NCBI RefSeq assembly: GCF_006345805.1
Contig: NC_043003.1
Location: 60,822,001 to 60,886,000, forward strand
Origin: Octopus sinensis
Taxonomy: Eukaryota
Reading direction: 5' to 3'
DNA length: 64,000 bases
The notes beneath the pieces are model-generated. The model ran no database searches. It saw nothing but the letters and a program-made list of their open reading frames with translations, and was not told the DNA's origin. Both the position numbers and the translations under genes were made by a program. Position 1 is the stretch's first letter; each line of letters begins with the position of its first letter. Positions 12,441 to 25,249 of the stretch are shown piece by piece.

Positions 12441-12943
12441 GTGTGTGTGTGCGTGTGAAAGCCCGTGGCCTAGTGGTTACACGTGTCCCACCCACGATCT
12501 CACGATCGCAGTTTCGATTCCCGAACCGGCTGCGTGCTGTGTCCTTGAGCAAAACACCTCATTTCACGTTGCTTCAGTCCACTCAGCTGTAAGCAGACAA
12601 CTCTGTGGCGGAGTAGCCTTACGATCGGGAGGTGTGATGGCCTGCTTCCCTCAGCAGTACGGTGGCATCATTCGAAAGCTAAAGCGATACAAAGCGCATT
12701 GTGAACAGTGATGAAAAACAACGTCCAAAAACAACGTCTGGTTGATCACCTGACCACATGATATATATGAATATATATATATATATGATTGATCGTTAGC
12801 CACTACACACATTTTTTTCTCTCCTTGTTTTTTTCTGTGTACCTTTCTGTAGCGTTATACTAATACATCTGTTTGTTTTGTACACCACCAGACTTCGTCT
12901 TTTGTTTTTTTCGTAAACTTTCCCTATATATATATATATATAT

Positions 12944-12988
<45 letters not shown>

Positions 12989-13192
12989 TGAAAAAATGTG
13001 TAGTACAATAAATGCACAAACGTAAACAGACATAGAATAGTAAGTTAAAAAGCATATATTAAATGCACAGTCGAACGGAAAAACAGACACGGAAGGTCCT
13101 AAAACCCTCATCAGTTATCGACCAGAGGGTCGCAATTTCGTGTATTATACACTCACACACACATGCATATATATATATATATATATATATAT

Positions 13193-13845
13193 GGAGACAC
13201 TGATGGTCCTCTGGAAAACATTCGTCCTCAGCCGCTTGGACTACTGCTCCTAACTATGGTCACCACACAATATAAAACTAACAGCAGAACTCGAAGCAAT
13301 TCAAAGAAGCTACACAAAGAAGATCGTCTCAATGCAAAATATCAGCTACTGGGAAAGACTGAAAGTATTAAACCTCTTCTCCCTAGAGCGAAGGCGGGAG
13401 AGATATGCGGTGATATACATCTGGAAAATCCTGGAGGGTCTTGTCCCAAACTTTGGCATTCAAAGTTACCCCAACCGCAGAACGGGGCGCCACTGCATGG
13501 TGCCAAAGATTCCAACATCACCATCAAAATACAGGTCCAGATACTGCAACAGCTTGGGTTTCAGAGGACCACAGCTCTTTAACATCCTCCCTAAATGCCT
13601 GAGAGACTTACGTGGTGTGGATGTGGGTTTCTTTAAAACTAAGCTGGATCGCTTCTTGTCGGGGGCCCCAGATGAACCTACCTCACGACAGGAGACACAG
13701 ATGCTGGCAGCGGCATCGAACTCCCTTGTTGATCAAGTGCCACGTATCAGAGGTGGATTCACATATTAGTGTAGCTCATTCAGCGGTGGTGCACCAGCAT
13801 GGCCGCGGCCTTCTGGCTAAAACATTTTTAAGGATTTAAGGATTT
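13193..13845 (+). mobile_element. 5'-truncated CR1/L2-group LINE 3' end (RT C-terminus, 3'UTR, (AAGGATTT)n tail)
   Basis: One frame, LMVLWKTFVLSRLDYCS*LWSPH...LEAIQRSY...SYWERLKVLNLFSLERRRERY...FKTKLDRFL, with a single premature stop at 13251. Confidence 0.9.
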
Positions 13846-14284
13846 TATATATATATATATATACTTTTATATTCCTTTCTACTCTAGGCACAAGGCCTGA
13901 AATTTGGGGGGAGGGGACCAGTCGAACTCGGCGGGATTTGAACGTGGCGACAGGCAAAATACCTGTACGTGTTTCGTCCAGCGTGCTAACGATTCTACCA
14001 ACTCACCGCTTGCGGATCTTAATATTAAAAATGAAATACCGTCCTCTGCTGATTTCTATCCTGCACTGGCGTGGTTCACCTGCAGATATGAAAACTCTAT
14101 CCACACATGTGACGCTTGATGTTACGTTTCGTCAGATCTACGTATCTGTCTAAATCGGTTTCGACTCGGGTTTCTTGTACCACCAACCAAATAACAGTGG
14201 ACTATTTCTCTCAGTAAACGTGCACTGATATCTCTTTTCTTCTGTAGAATGATAAATTTCCTGACGTTGTCCTCTGCAGGTAAA

Positions 14285-14527
14285 ACTTTTATCTTTTACT
14301 TGTTTCAGTCATTCAACTAAGGCCGTGCTGGGGCACCGCCTTGAAGAGTTTTCAGGTGAATGAATCGACCTCTGTAGTTGTTTTTATTGTTGTAAGCCCG
14401 GTAATTATTCTATCGGTCTCTTGCCGAATCGCTAAGTTACGGGGACGTAAACATACCATCACTGGTTGGTGGGGGTTCAAATGCAGACATCTTCGGTTTG
14501 AGGGACAAACACAGACACAAAGGCGCG

Positions 14528-14568
<41 letters not shown>

Positions 14569-14735
14569 CACACACATATACGACGGGCTTCTTTCAGTTT
14601 CCGTCTACCAAATCCACTCACAAAGCTAGGGTCGGTTCGATGCTACTAGGAGACACTCGCCCAAGGTGTCTACGCAGTGGAACTGAACCTGGAACCGTGT
14701 GGTTGGAAAGCAAACTTCTTACCGCACAGCCATGT
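14285..14735 (-). mobile_element. tRNA-derived SINE family B
   Basis: GGCTGTG(C/T)GGTAAG head, internal microsatellite, GG(C/T)GGTGC..CAGCA(T/C)GGCC tail; other copies at about 14985-15400, 21470-21782, 27400-27860, 50963-51380 and 54592-54905. Confidence 0.85.
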
Positions 14736-15599
14736 CCTCAGCAATGTTCACGATTTGTATCCGGTTTCTCATATTAATCGGACATAACTCTTTTTCCGCT
14801 TTGTAATGGGTAGAGCGTGGGTTGCAATGTAATCTCCATACCACCGACCTGTACAGCTGTTGCTGAGAAAAAATACTGTTTCCCAACAGACTTCGCATTT
14901 CGCTTTAAGCATTCCATGCGTGTTTCACAGTCGCCATTTTAACTATCTGAATACTGAGACGTTCATGAACTTTGGAGCTATTACTCTTTTACTCTTTTAC
15001 TTGTTTCAGTCATTTGACTGCGGCCATGCTGGAGCACCGCCTTTAGTCGCGCAAATTGACCCCAGGACTTATTTTTTGTAAGCCTAGTACTTATCCTATC
15101 GGCCTCTTTTGCCGAACCGCTAAGTTACGGGGACGTAAATATACCAGCATCGGTTGTCAAGCGATGTTGGGAGGACAAACAGAGACACACAAACATATAT
15201 ACACACACACACACATACATATATGTGCATATATACGATGGGCTTCCTTCAGTTTCCGTCTACCAAATCCACTCACAAGGGTTTGGTCGGCTCGAGGCTA
15301 CAGTAGAAGACACTTGCCCAAGATGCCACGCAGTGGTAATGAACCCGGAACCATGTGGTTCGTAAGCAAGCTTCTTACCACACAGCCACTCCTGCGCCTA
15401 TAGAAAGACGTTTACAGCAGCTAGGTTTCCCAAGCGGTCACTCACCTAAGTACTAACTAGGCTCGACTTTCCTTAACTTCGGTGAACGGACGAGAACCGG
15501 TGTTTTCAAAGTGATATGGCCGTAAACTGTCAGTCAATTGTTGCGTTCACATCCAGTTCCGCTCGCCCTACCATCTTCCTGTCAAATATCTGCTATATT

Positions 15600-15762
<163 letters not shown>

Positions 15763-16074
15763 ATGGTCGCTCTCGTTGATTTCGACGTATGAGTGTTTAG
15801 AGAAGATTTAAAAAGAAAACGTTACAAAAAGAGAAAAGAACTTTTTTTTAAAAAGAAAAGAAAATAAATCTAGATCGATCTGCTTGGCATAAAAAATGTG
15901 CCATGAAGTATCTAAATAATTTGAGTTGAAGACAAAGAACAAAAAAAGAATTAATATCCTTCAATCAACAAACACATTTGTCCAATTCCAGGCAAAATCA
16001 AAATCCTCAATTGCAACTTCGTAGCAAAATCCATACCTGGATTGAAATTACATTCACGCACCCATCGCAAATAG

Positions 16075-16144
<70 letters not shown>

Positions 16145-16146
16145 AC

Positions 16147-16178
<32 letters not shown>

Positions 16179-16254
16179 CTTCTTCTTCTTCTTCTTCTTT
16201 CTTCTTCTTCTTCTTCTTCTTCTTTTTCTTTTCTTCTTCTTCTTCTTCTTCTTC

Positions 16255-16289
<35 letters not shown>

Positions 16290-16845
16290 GAGTAAGAGAG
16301 CAGTGCATGCCATCAAAGTGACACTGGGATAAAATATACAAAGCCCTGTACGCCCATCATAACTACCCGTTTGATAAGGGTACACCAGACACATGCATCA
16401 CAACCATATGTGCGCGACATAGTGATCTCATATCAAGGTAAATAGCACATGACCTTGCAGGTGGGGCCCAGTTAGAATTTTCTTCTGGTCGAGTAACCCA
16501 TCCTGCTCAAAAGGTCTCTGAATAAGGATTGTTTAAGGATATTGAACGAATCACCCATGTTTCCAGAGGTGAATTATCCAAACCTCTAAGAATTCCTTTC
16601 AACACATGGCTATGATGCTCCCCCACTACTTCTGCTCGTGATCAGAGATGCACATATCATCAGTCACTAAGGGACATGCTCAACTGGTTAAGGTCAAAAA
16701 TCTGACACGCAAATCTCTGGTATTGAGCATAATATTTACTGTTGCTCATCTTTTATGCCAGGGCAAAACAATGTACATGATAACACTTCCAATCAGTTAA
16801 GATCGGAAGCCATGAGAGCCACTGTCTGGTACTGCATCAGGGCAT

Positions 16846-16936
<91 letters not shown>

Positions 16937-17414
16937 TATTATTATATTATTATTATATTATTATTATTGAGTGAGAGAGCAGTTCATGCCATCAAAGTGA
17001 CACTGGGGTAAAATATACGAAGCCCAATATACCCATCATGACTACCCGTCTGATAAAGGTACACCAGGCACATGCATCACAACCATATGTGCGCGACATG
17101 GTGATCTCATATCAAGATAAACAGCACATGACCTTGCAGGTGGGGCCCAGTTAGAATTTTCTTCAGGTTGAGTAGCCCATCCCGCTCAAACGGTCCCTGA
17201 ATAAGGGTGTTTAAGGATGTTGAAGAACCACCCATGTTTCAGAGGTGAACTATTCAAACCCCCAAGAATCCCTCTCACACATGGCTATGATGCTCCCCCG
17301 CTACTTCTGCTCGTGATCAGAGATGCACATATCGTCAGCCACTAAGGGACATGCTCAGCTGGTTAAGGTCAAACAACTGACAAGCAAATCTGTGGTATTG
17401 AGCAGAATATTTGC

Positions 17415-17416
<2 letters not shown>
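16290..17416 (-). mobile_element. Two tandem copies of an unclassified (AAT)n-tailed 450-550-bp retroposon-like repeat
   Basis: 16290-16846 and 16969-17416 are highly similar; a third copy lies in the opposite orientation at 56702-57156, also abutting (AAT)n. Confidence 0.75.
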
Positions 17417-17453
<37 letters not shown>

Positions 17454-18233
17454 GTCAAAATTAAAAGACGAGTACCATTGTTATCTAGTGAACGATAATT
17501 CGACGTCTTGTGTGTCTTCAACTGGTCCAAAAAATAATTTTGCCAATCTACTTCATTTTGGTTAATATAGAAATGATTGATGTAACTCTTCTGAAGACAT
17601 AGAGTCAAAATTAAATGAAGAGTGCCATTGTCATCTGGTGAACTATATTTCGACATCTTGTGTGTATTCAACTGGTCCAAAAAATAATTTCGTCAATCTA
17701 CTTCATTGTTGTTGTTGTAGTTGTTGTTGTTGTTCTTCTTCTTGTTGTTGTTGTTGTTGTTGTTGTTCTTGTTCTTGTTGTTATTAGTTCTTATTAGCAG
17801 CGCACTCGGCTAGCATAAAGTTGTTGACCGGTATATTATCTTCATTTTGATTGTTTGTAGTTCAAGATTATTTTTGGTATGTGACCGATTAGTGAGAACA
17901 TCTTGGTCATTTCACACGTTGCTTAAAACAAACTCGATAATCAACAGAACACCTAGAAAATGCTTGTAGATTATTTTCTGTTATAACTTCTCTTAATATT
18001 TTAAGCACCTGTAGAATATCCAGGTATGTATAGAATACTTAAGTTTCATATAGTGTTGATTACATATGCACCAAATACGTAATTACTCTGCATTTAATTA
18101 ACAAATTTCAATGTAAAGAAGAATTACTTTGCTTACAAAGAAAGATTTTTCATATGCATATACATACATACATACATACATACATACATACATACATACA
18201 TACATACATACATACATACATTACATACATACG

Positions 18234-18289
<56 letters not shown>

Positions 18290-18472
18290 ATATTATATAT
18301 ATATATATATAAATTAGAGAAAATGTAGGTAAATGTTTTATCATATATTTTACTTTTTCTCTATGGTATGATTCACATCTATCATTGTTTGAATTACATA
18401 ATAGTGGTTTTTCTCTTATTGATATATATGTATGTATCTATGTATGTATATGTATGTATATATGTATGTATG

Positions 18473-18505
<33 letters not shown>

Positions 18506-18574
18506 TTATATAGTGGTTTTTCTCTAATACATATATATATATATATATGTATGTATGTATATATATATATATAT

Positions 18575-18606
<32 letters not shown>

Positions 18607-18660
18607 ATATATAATGCTAAAGGGTGTTACCCTATTTGGAAATTTGTTTTTCCACATTAT

Positions 18661-18702
<42 letters not shown>

Positions 18703-18890
18703 ATAATGTGGAAAAACAAATTTCCAAATCAGGTAAAACCCTTTAGCATAACGTGCATTTTAATATGGAGAATATATACCGTGTATTCCACATCAGCATA
18801 TAGTGCAGTGGGAATCATGATTATAATATATCTATATATAGAAATATATATAGAAATATACAAAATATATAATAATAGAAATTTATAATA

Positions 18891-19533
18891 GTTCAGTTAT
18901 TGGGATTTCAATAAATAAATTTGTGGGTATTCCATTTCAGATAATGCAAAAAGAACATAACGACTATTTATGATGAAAACTCGTGGTGTTTATATGCACA
19001 TCAAGAAATAATACTTGAGGATAAAACCAATACAATAGCAGGGTATAAAACATACTACCTTAATTAGCCCTTACTTGAGTTAAAATTATAATTATAAAGG
19101 AACTACACGTGTTTCTGTATTGGAAGATCAGAATATATGTAATCATCAGATTTATAATTATACCAACACATCTTCAGGTTCATTTTTCAAAATATTGTTC
19201 AAATATTTTAAATCACCATAAAAATTAAACGTTAAATTAAAAATTTAAAATAATCTTTACAACATTAAGAATTATAAATTATAAATTATAAATATAAATG
19301 AGTATAATTGTGATTACATATATTCTGATCTTCCAATACAGGAACACGTATAGTTCCTTTATAATTTATGATTTTAACTCAAGTAAGGGCTAATTAAGGT
19401 GGTACATTTTATATCCTGCAATTGTACTGGTTTTATCTGCAAGTGTTCCATCATAACTACTCGTTATGATCATTTTGCATTATCTGAAATGGAATGCCCA
19501 CAAATCTATTGATTGCAATCCCAATAACTGAAC
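18891..19533. repeat. Foldback element (about 240-270-bp arms) with a hammerhead-like motif
   Basis: 18891-19163 matches the reverse complement of about 19300-19533. Confidence 0.85.
19089..19160 (-). ncRNA. Hammerhead-like motif (stem III ACACGTGT), poor stem II
   Basis: TAATTATAAA T CTGATGA ... GAAA CACGTG TA GTTCC TTTATAATTA (10-bp distal stem I). Confidence 0.45.
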
Positions 19534-19918
19534 TATATATACACATATAAAATCATGGACTCTCCCGAAGTTAGACGACGTATGAGGGTTGAGCAATTTC
19601 TTGTCGAACAACCTCACAAATGATTTATTTATAGTGATGAACTGTTTGTGTACACATAAGCTCACTCCCCAACCACCATCAAGTCGAAATTACTTGTACA
19701 GGTGCACCGTGAGCCACATGTCAGATGACGAACTGATCGCAGAGCAATGTGAAAATGAAGTGCTTTGCTCAAGAACACAATGGTCTGGGGATCGAACCCA
19801 CGATCTCGCGATCGTGAGTGCAATATCCTAACCCCTAAGCCACATATATATATATATATATATTATATACATGCATATATATATATATATAAAAATCAAC
19901 AAGTATATCCGAGGTAAT

Positions 19919-20004
19919 GTGGTACGATCGTTTCATGCTACTTCACTTTATTAAAGACTGTAAGCATTACATCAATTTTAAAATGTCGAGCAATCTTCAG
20001 CCAC
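19919..20004 (-). ncRNA. Type-I hammerhead with intact core (stem III ACGATCGT)
   Basis: GTGG CTGAAGA T TGC...GCA T GAAA CGATCG TA CCAC. Confidence 0.7.
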
Positions 20005-20666
20005 CTTTAAACATTTTCCAAATAACCGGACAATGCACATTCTTATCCCTAATTCATTTGCCAACATTGTAAAGAGGGTAGATATACAGACAGAGAGGTT
20101 ATTTCCTCCTTAAGAAGATGATAGTATAAAAATTACTCTCTGACTGTAGATTTTAACTTTGTTATTTAGATCTATCAGTAGGGAGGGGGATTTCTGATTG
20201 GATGGAAACAAAGAATTTTTCTATTTATAGATATAGGAAGGGGTGGAACAAATGTCAGAACCAATAAATCTATTCCTATTCAGATGAACCCAGCCCAGAT
20301 ACATTTGAGTGCACTAAGCAAAAAGTTAGTATGTTGAAGTTAGATGAGTAGGGGAAGATAGACTATTAATGCACTAGAGGTTTTAATGCCTACTACCAAT
20401 TTGACATCCAGAATCTATATTAAGAAATTTAAGTGAAAATACTTTAGACAATGAATACAGTAAACATTATTATCTTATATAGGGAATTTAATATAGGGAT
20501 AAAAAATATAGAAATCATTTCATATATTCATATATATATCAATCTCCATTAATATATAATCATAATTTGCTAGTAAGTGGTGATTATTTTAATGAGTTGA
20601 ATTAAAAGAGAATGCTAGACATAATACTTCCTAATCGTGGAAAAAAACCTTATTAATTTAGTACCT

Positions 20667-21063
20667 ACTAGCAGTATCGCCCCGCATTGCTCGGGTTTGT
20701 AAGGGAAATAACTATATAAGCATTTTTAGAGAGTTATAGCCAAAAAGTAGCAAAAAATGCATTAAAAATGGAAAAAAATGATGGTAAATTTTTTTTTAAT
20801 CGTTGACTCATCGTAGAAATTTTTAGAGAGTTACTTCCCTTATATAATATCGAAAAAATGCATTAAAATGGAAAAAAATGATGGTAAATTTTTTCAAAAA
20901 TCGTAGACTCATCGTAGACGCGCGCTAATATCCAGAAGGGCTCGATATGAATCACGACTATAAGATACCCGGTTTTGGTTAAACTGCACCGCAAAATGTG
21001 CGAGTAGTTAGGAATCTAAATCGTAGGAGACAGACACACAACTTGACTTTTATATATAAAGAT
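20667..21063 (+). mobile_element. Non-autonomous Helitron/Helentron-like (Lep1-like) element, second copy
   Basis: Reverse complement of 8646-9041. Confidence 0.6.
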
Positions 21064-22370
21064 AAGATATAAACAAAAAATAATGGAAGGGAAATAATCA
21101 AGGTGAACTAAATAATTTCTCTAGGTATATAGAATTATTTGTGATTATTACATATTTAAGTATCCCCATTTCCATTAATATTGAATCATAATTAGCTAGT
21201 AAATGGTGATTTATTTTATTAATGAGTCGAAATAAAATATTATGTCAGACATAATATTTACTACACGCGGGGAAAAAAACTTTATCAATTAAGTGAATAT
21301 ATCAGGAGTCATTAATATATGTTAAAAAGTAATGGAGGGGAGGTAATCAAGATGAACCAAGAAAATGTCCCTAGAGACATGTAATTTTTTCTTTCCAATA
21401 TAGGAGAGTATAAAAAAATTCTAAGTTCATATATTCAGATTTATATATATAATGAGATTTTTAAGTAATCTATGTAGGTTGAATAAAAGTCATTTGATAG
21501 CAGCCATGCTGGAGCACCGCCATAAGTCGTCGAAGAAATCGACTCCAAGACACACATACATACAAATACACACACACGTACGCACGCACACACGCACACA
21601 CACACACACACATTACACGAAGGACTTCTTTCAGTTTCCATCCAGCAAATCTACTCACAAGGCTTTGGTCGGCTCGAGGTTGTAGTAGAAGACACTTGCC
21701 TTAGTTGCCCCGCAGTAGGACTGAACCCAGAACCGTGTGATTGGGAAGCAACTTTTTATCGGACAGCCATGCTTGCGCCTATCTTCTATTATATAAAATC
21801 CATTCTGTATATCTGTGTGTGTGTGTCTTCTAGGATTGGGCATCCTCCATCCGATTGCGCTCAAATTTGATATGTAGATACCGACGGTATCAGGGCGTAT
21901 CTTGAAAAAATTCCAAAAGACCGATTTCAGATGAGAATGCGATCGATAGAGCCATTTTTGTCCTGCTTTTCTTCCGTCAACCTGTACATAACTGCACCTT
22001 CCATTTTTTTGTTGTTTTTGTACTGCTTAAAGGCATGTTTCTTTCCTGCCAAGCTTACTGTTTAAACCATGTTTGTGTTCTCCCAGTCAACAGCCTTATC
22101 ATTACTGGTACTTTAAACTCTTCGGTTGCATATTTGTGTGAATAAAATCGTTTTTCTTTGGAACAGAAAAAAGTATATCTTTATTTCTTCTTTTGCTGGT
22201 GTCTCAAATTTAGGTTAAATCAGTATTTCTCAAAGGGGAGGCCTATGGGACGATCGGACAAGTAATTTTGAGAAAATTTGGTTTAAATGTTTGACAACTC
22301 AGCACCGTCCATATTATATATCAGAGACTTTATTTTACCATTTTCAGTTGGAAAACTCATAAACACCGCG

Positions 22371-22604
22371 ATGGATGAAGCAGATAACGATCACAAAAAT
22401 GAAAATTTTGAGATTCAGCCAAACGACATTTACGACGAAGAAAGTTTACCGACACCGCTTGACCGCAAGAATAGTCTGCTGGACACATACAAAGAGATAG
22501 AAGATAAGTTTTGTGATCCAGACAATCCTGTTATTATTACCATGGAGTCTGTGATTGCTGCTGCCTTTGCGAACAGGGGTGGAATAATCAAAACTCCATG
22601 TACG
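22371..22604 (+). CDS. Threonine/serine ammonia-lyase (serine racemase/TdcB-like, ACT domain): coding exon 1
   Basis: MDEAD...FCDPDNPVIITMESVIAAAFANRGGIIKTPCT; acceptor TTTTCAG ending 22347; donor GTAAGG at 22605 (phase 0). The start codon is uncertain because the frame is open back to the acceptor. Confidence 0.85.
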
Positions 22605-24264
22605 GTAAGGATATTTTCTTTCAGTTTTTGCTTATTTCATTCATCTATTGGACTGTGGTCATGCTGGAGTACTATCTTAAAGGGGTTAGTCAAACTAATC
22701 GATAGGTGTAGCTTGTGTTTTCTTAAGTCAGGTACTTGTTAACCTGTTATATTAGTCTTTATTGCGAACAGGTATGTTAGGGGTACGTAAATAAACCAAC
22801 ACCGATATGTATGTATGTGTGTATGCATGTATGAATGCACATATATATGTGTATATATATATATATATATATCGTTGCTATTATGTTAAACTGTCGTATG
22901 CTCAAGTTTACCCAAATGCGTTTTTTCCAATATTTATTCTTGCTTGCAATTGCCAGTTCTTTTGGTCAAACTATCGTATCTCCAACTGCTTCAGATGTCA
23001 AGATACCAAAAATTGTCAACGGTTTTGCTATGGAATAATGAAACTACTTTTCCGTTTTCTGAACAAGCAACGGTTTGGACTTATGCTCTCTACCCCCCCT
23101 CTCTCTGGCCGTTGACCGGAGTGCTACTAAAACTTTCTTTATGCCCGTGCTTTCAACAAGCCAACATCGACTTCTCTGTCTTTCACAAGCCGATTTTTCA
23201 CATGCGTTCTAACTAATTTTTCCACCGTCTAGGCTTAAAAAAAAGCCCTTATTGTTGGTTTCCTTGTCCTGTTATTCTTTATTTGTACTGTTTTTTCTAC
23301 TGTTTTTTCTTCATTTGTATTGCTTTTACGTCCTGTTCTTGTCACTTGTTTTACCCCTCTGCAAAAGAATTTTATTTAATTCCTTTTGCAGGAAGGATTA
23401 TTTCGGCCGGGTCGTGTTCTGCCCTTACCTTCGAAACACGCATTGAGTCGAACCAGGGACAGCTGATGAAGGGGAATTTTTCCTTGTATTGTTTGTCCTG
23501 TACTCTGTTTTTTCGTTGTTAAAAAAAAGTCCGTTTCCTTGTTTGTTTTTATGTTTTCGTTTCTCGTTGTGTTCTACGTTTATTTGTGGTGTCCTCTACT
23601 CATATAGATGTATGTACATATATGTATGTACATATGTATGTACATATATGTATGTATATATACATATGTTTTATTTATCATATATATATAAATTAATAAA
23701 TAAAATATATGCATATATACATACATATATGTACGTACCTACATCTACATGTATATATGCATGCATATATGGGAACAGGACACAAAAAAAAAAAAAACGT
23801 CGAACACAAGGAGAAACGAAAACATAAACACAAAACCAAGGAACATATATACACACACGCATGATGAACGTTGGGTGGCGGTGAACAACATGATGTTGTT
23901 TTGTTGTTCGATTATGCACTTTCTTTATTCTTTTACTTTATTTTATTTTCTTTACTCGTGGGCGTCTTCAAGGAAGTACCTGGTGCGCCATTTCAAGACG
24001 CTTGCATTTTGCAGATATTTTCATTTGTAGGAAGGGGAGATGGGGGAGTAGTACTTGATTAAGAGTAATTAGCTGCTGTTTATTTTGCCGACTGCCGAGA
24101 AGACGGAAAAATCAAGCTGACCCTCGGTGGAATTTTGAATTTGGATAAAACGTAAGGGACCGTAACTCAATATCACAGAACATAACACCAGTCACTCCAA
24201 GAATCGAACGCACGAGCTAGCGATCGTATTCGCAGCGTCTCAACCACTAGGCTAGGCACCTTCG

Positions 24265-24305
<41 letters not shown>

Positions 24306-24825
24306 AGGCACACACAAATACCAGTTAACTGTTATCTTGACAAAATAGTGAAGATTTTTATTGCTATTGAAAATGGCTCTCAGAAGAAAATACGTAATGG
24401 CTTTTAAATAGGTTTCTATTTATTTGAGATAGCGCCAATTCTTAATATATAAAGGTTAGAAACAATTTATCTGACTTTAATATATTATTGTTATATGTAA
24501 ATATTTATCTTTGTAAAACTTGATTTCGTGTTTACAATTTTCAAAAAATATATAAAATAAAATACATTTAGTCAAATTGTGATTATGCGTTTTAATATTT
24601 CATCTTGCTTGACGGTTTAATACAGTAAACGATTAAGTGAAAAATCGAAATCTATTAAAATTGGTAACTAAATAATTACGTTAGTAAAGTCTCATGAACA
24701 TGTATTATTGAAAAACTTCTGCTACAGGGTAGATAACCTTATTACAATTACAAGAGTTATCTCCCTTTCAATACTTCTTACCTGTTCTGTGCATTTGTGA
24801 CAACTTGGGGTGCTTGTGTGTATTG

Positions 24826-24881
<56 letters not shown>

Positions 24882-25180
24882 GAGGCGCAATGGCCCACTG
24901 GTTAGGGCAACGGACACGCGGTCGTAGGATTGCGGTTTAGATTCCCAGATCGGGCGTTGTGAGTGTTTATTGAGCGAAAACACCTAACGCTCCACGAGGC
25001 TCCGGCAGGGGATAGTGGCGATCCCTGCTGTACTCTTTCGCCACAACTTTCTCTCACTCTTTCTTCTGTTGGCCTACTCGCTTAACCAGCGAGGTGGCGT
25101 CATTAGAAGGCTAAAACAATACGAAGTGCATTGTGACCAGCGATGTGTAGCAACATCTGGTAGCCTGGTCGGTCACGGTT
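24882..25180 (+). mobile_element. tRNA-derived SINE family C, tail type 2
   Basis: GGAGGCGCAATGGCCC..TGGTTAGGGCA head; 3' part differs from the 44385 and 44793 copies. Confidence 0.8.
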
Positions 25181-25206
25181 ACATATATATATATATAATA
25201 TATATA

Positions 25207-25249
<43 letters not shown>

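Noticed and set aside
13108-13114. CTGATGA(A)GGG motifs at 13108 (-), 23463 (+) and 34930 (-) with an upstream GAAA
   Set aside because: Stem III, UH and stem II cannot be built in any HHR topology. They might be completed only in concatemers, which I cannot show here.
22880-23038. MRFFQYLFLLAIASSFG...KIVNG as a secreted trypsin-like protease
   Set aside because: A stop follows five codons after IVNG's Ile region (FAME*), no Cys/His/Asp/Ser protease motifs follow, and it lies in T-rich repeat-like intron sequence.
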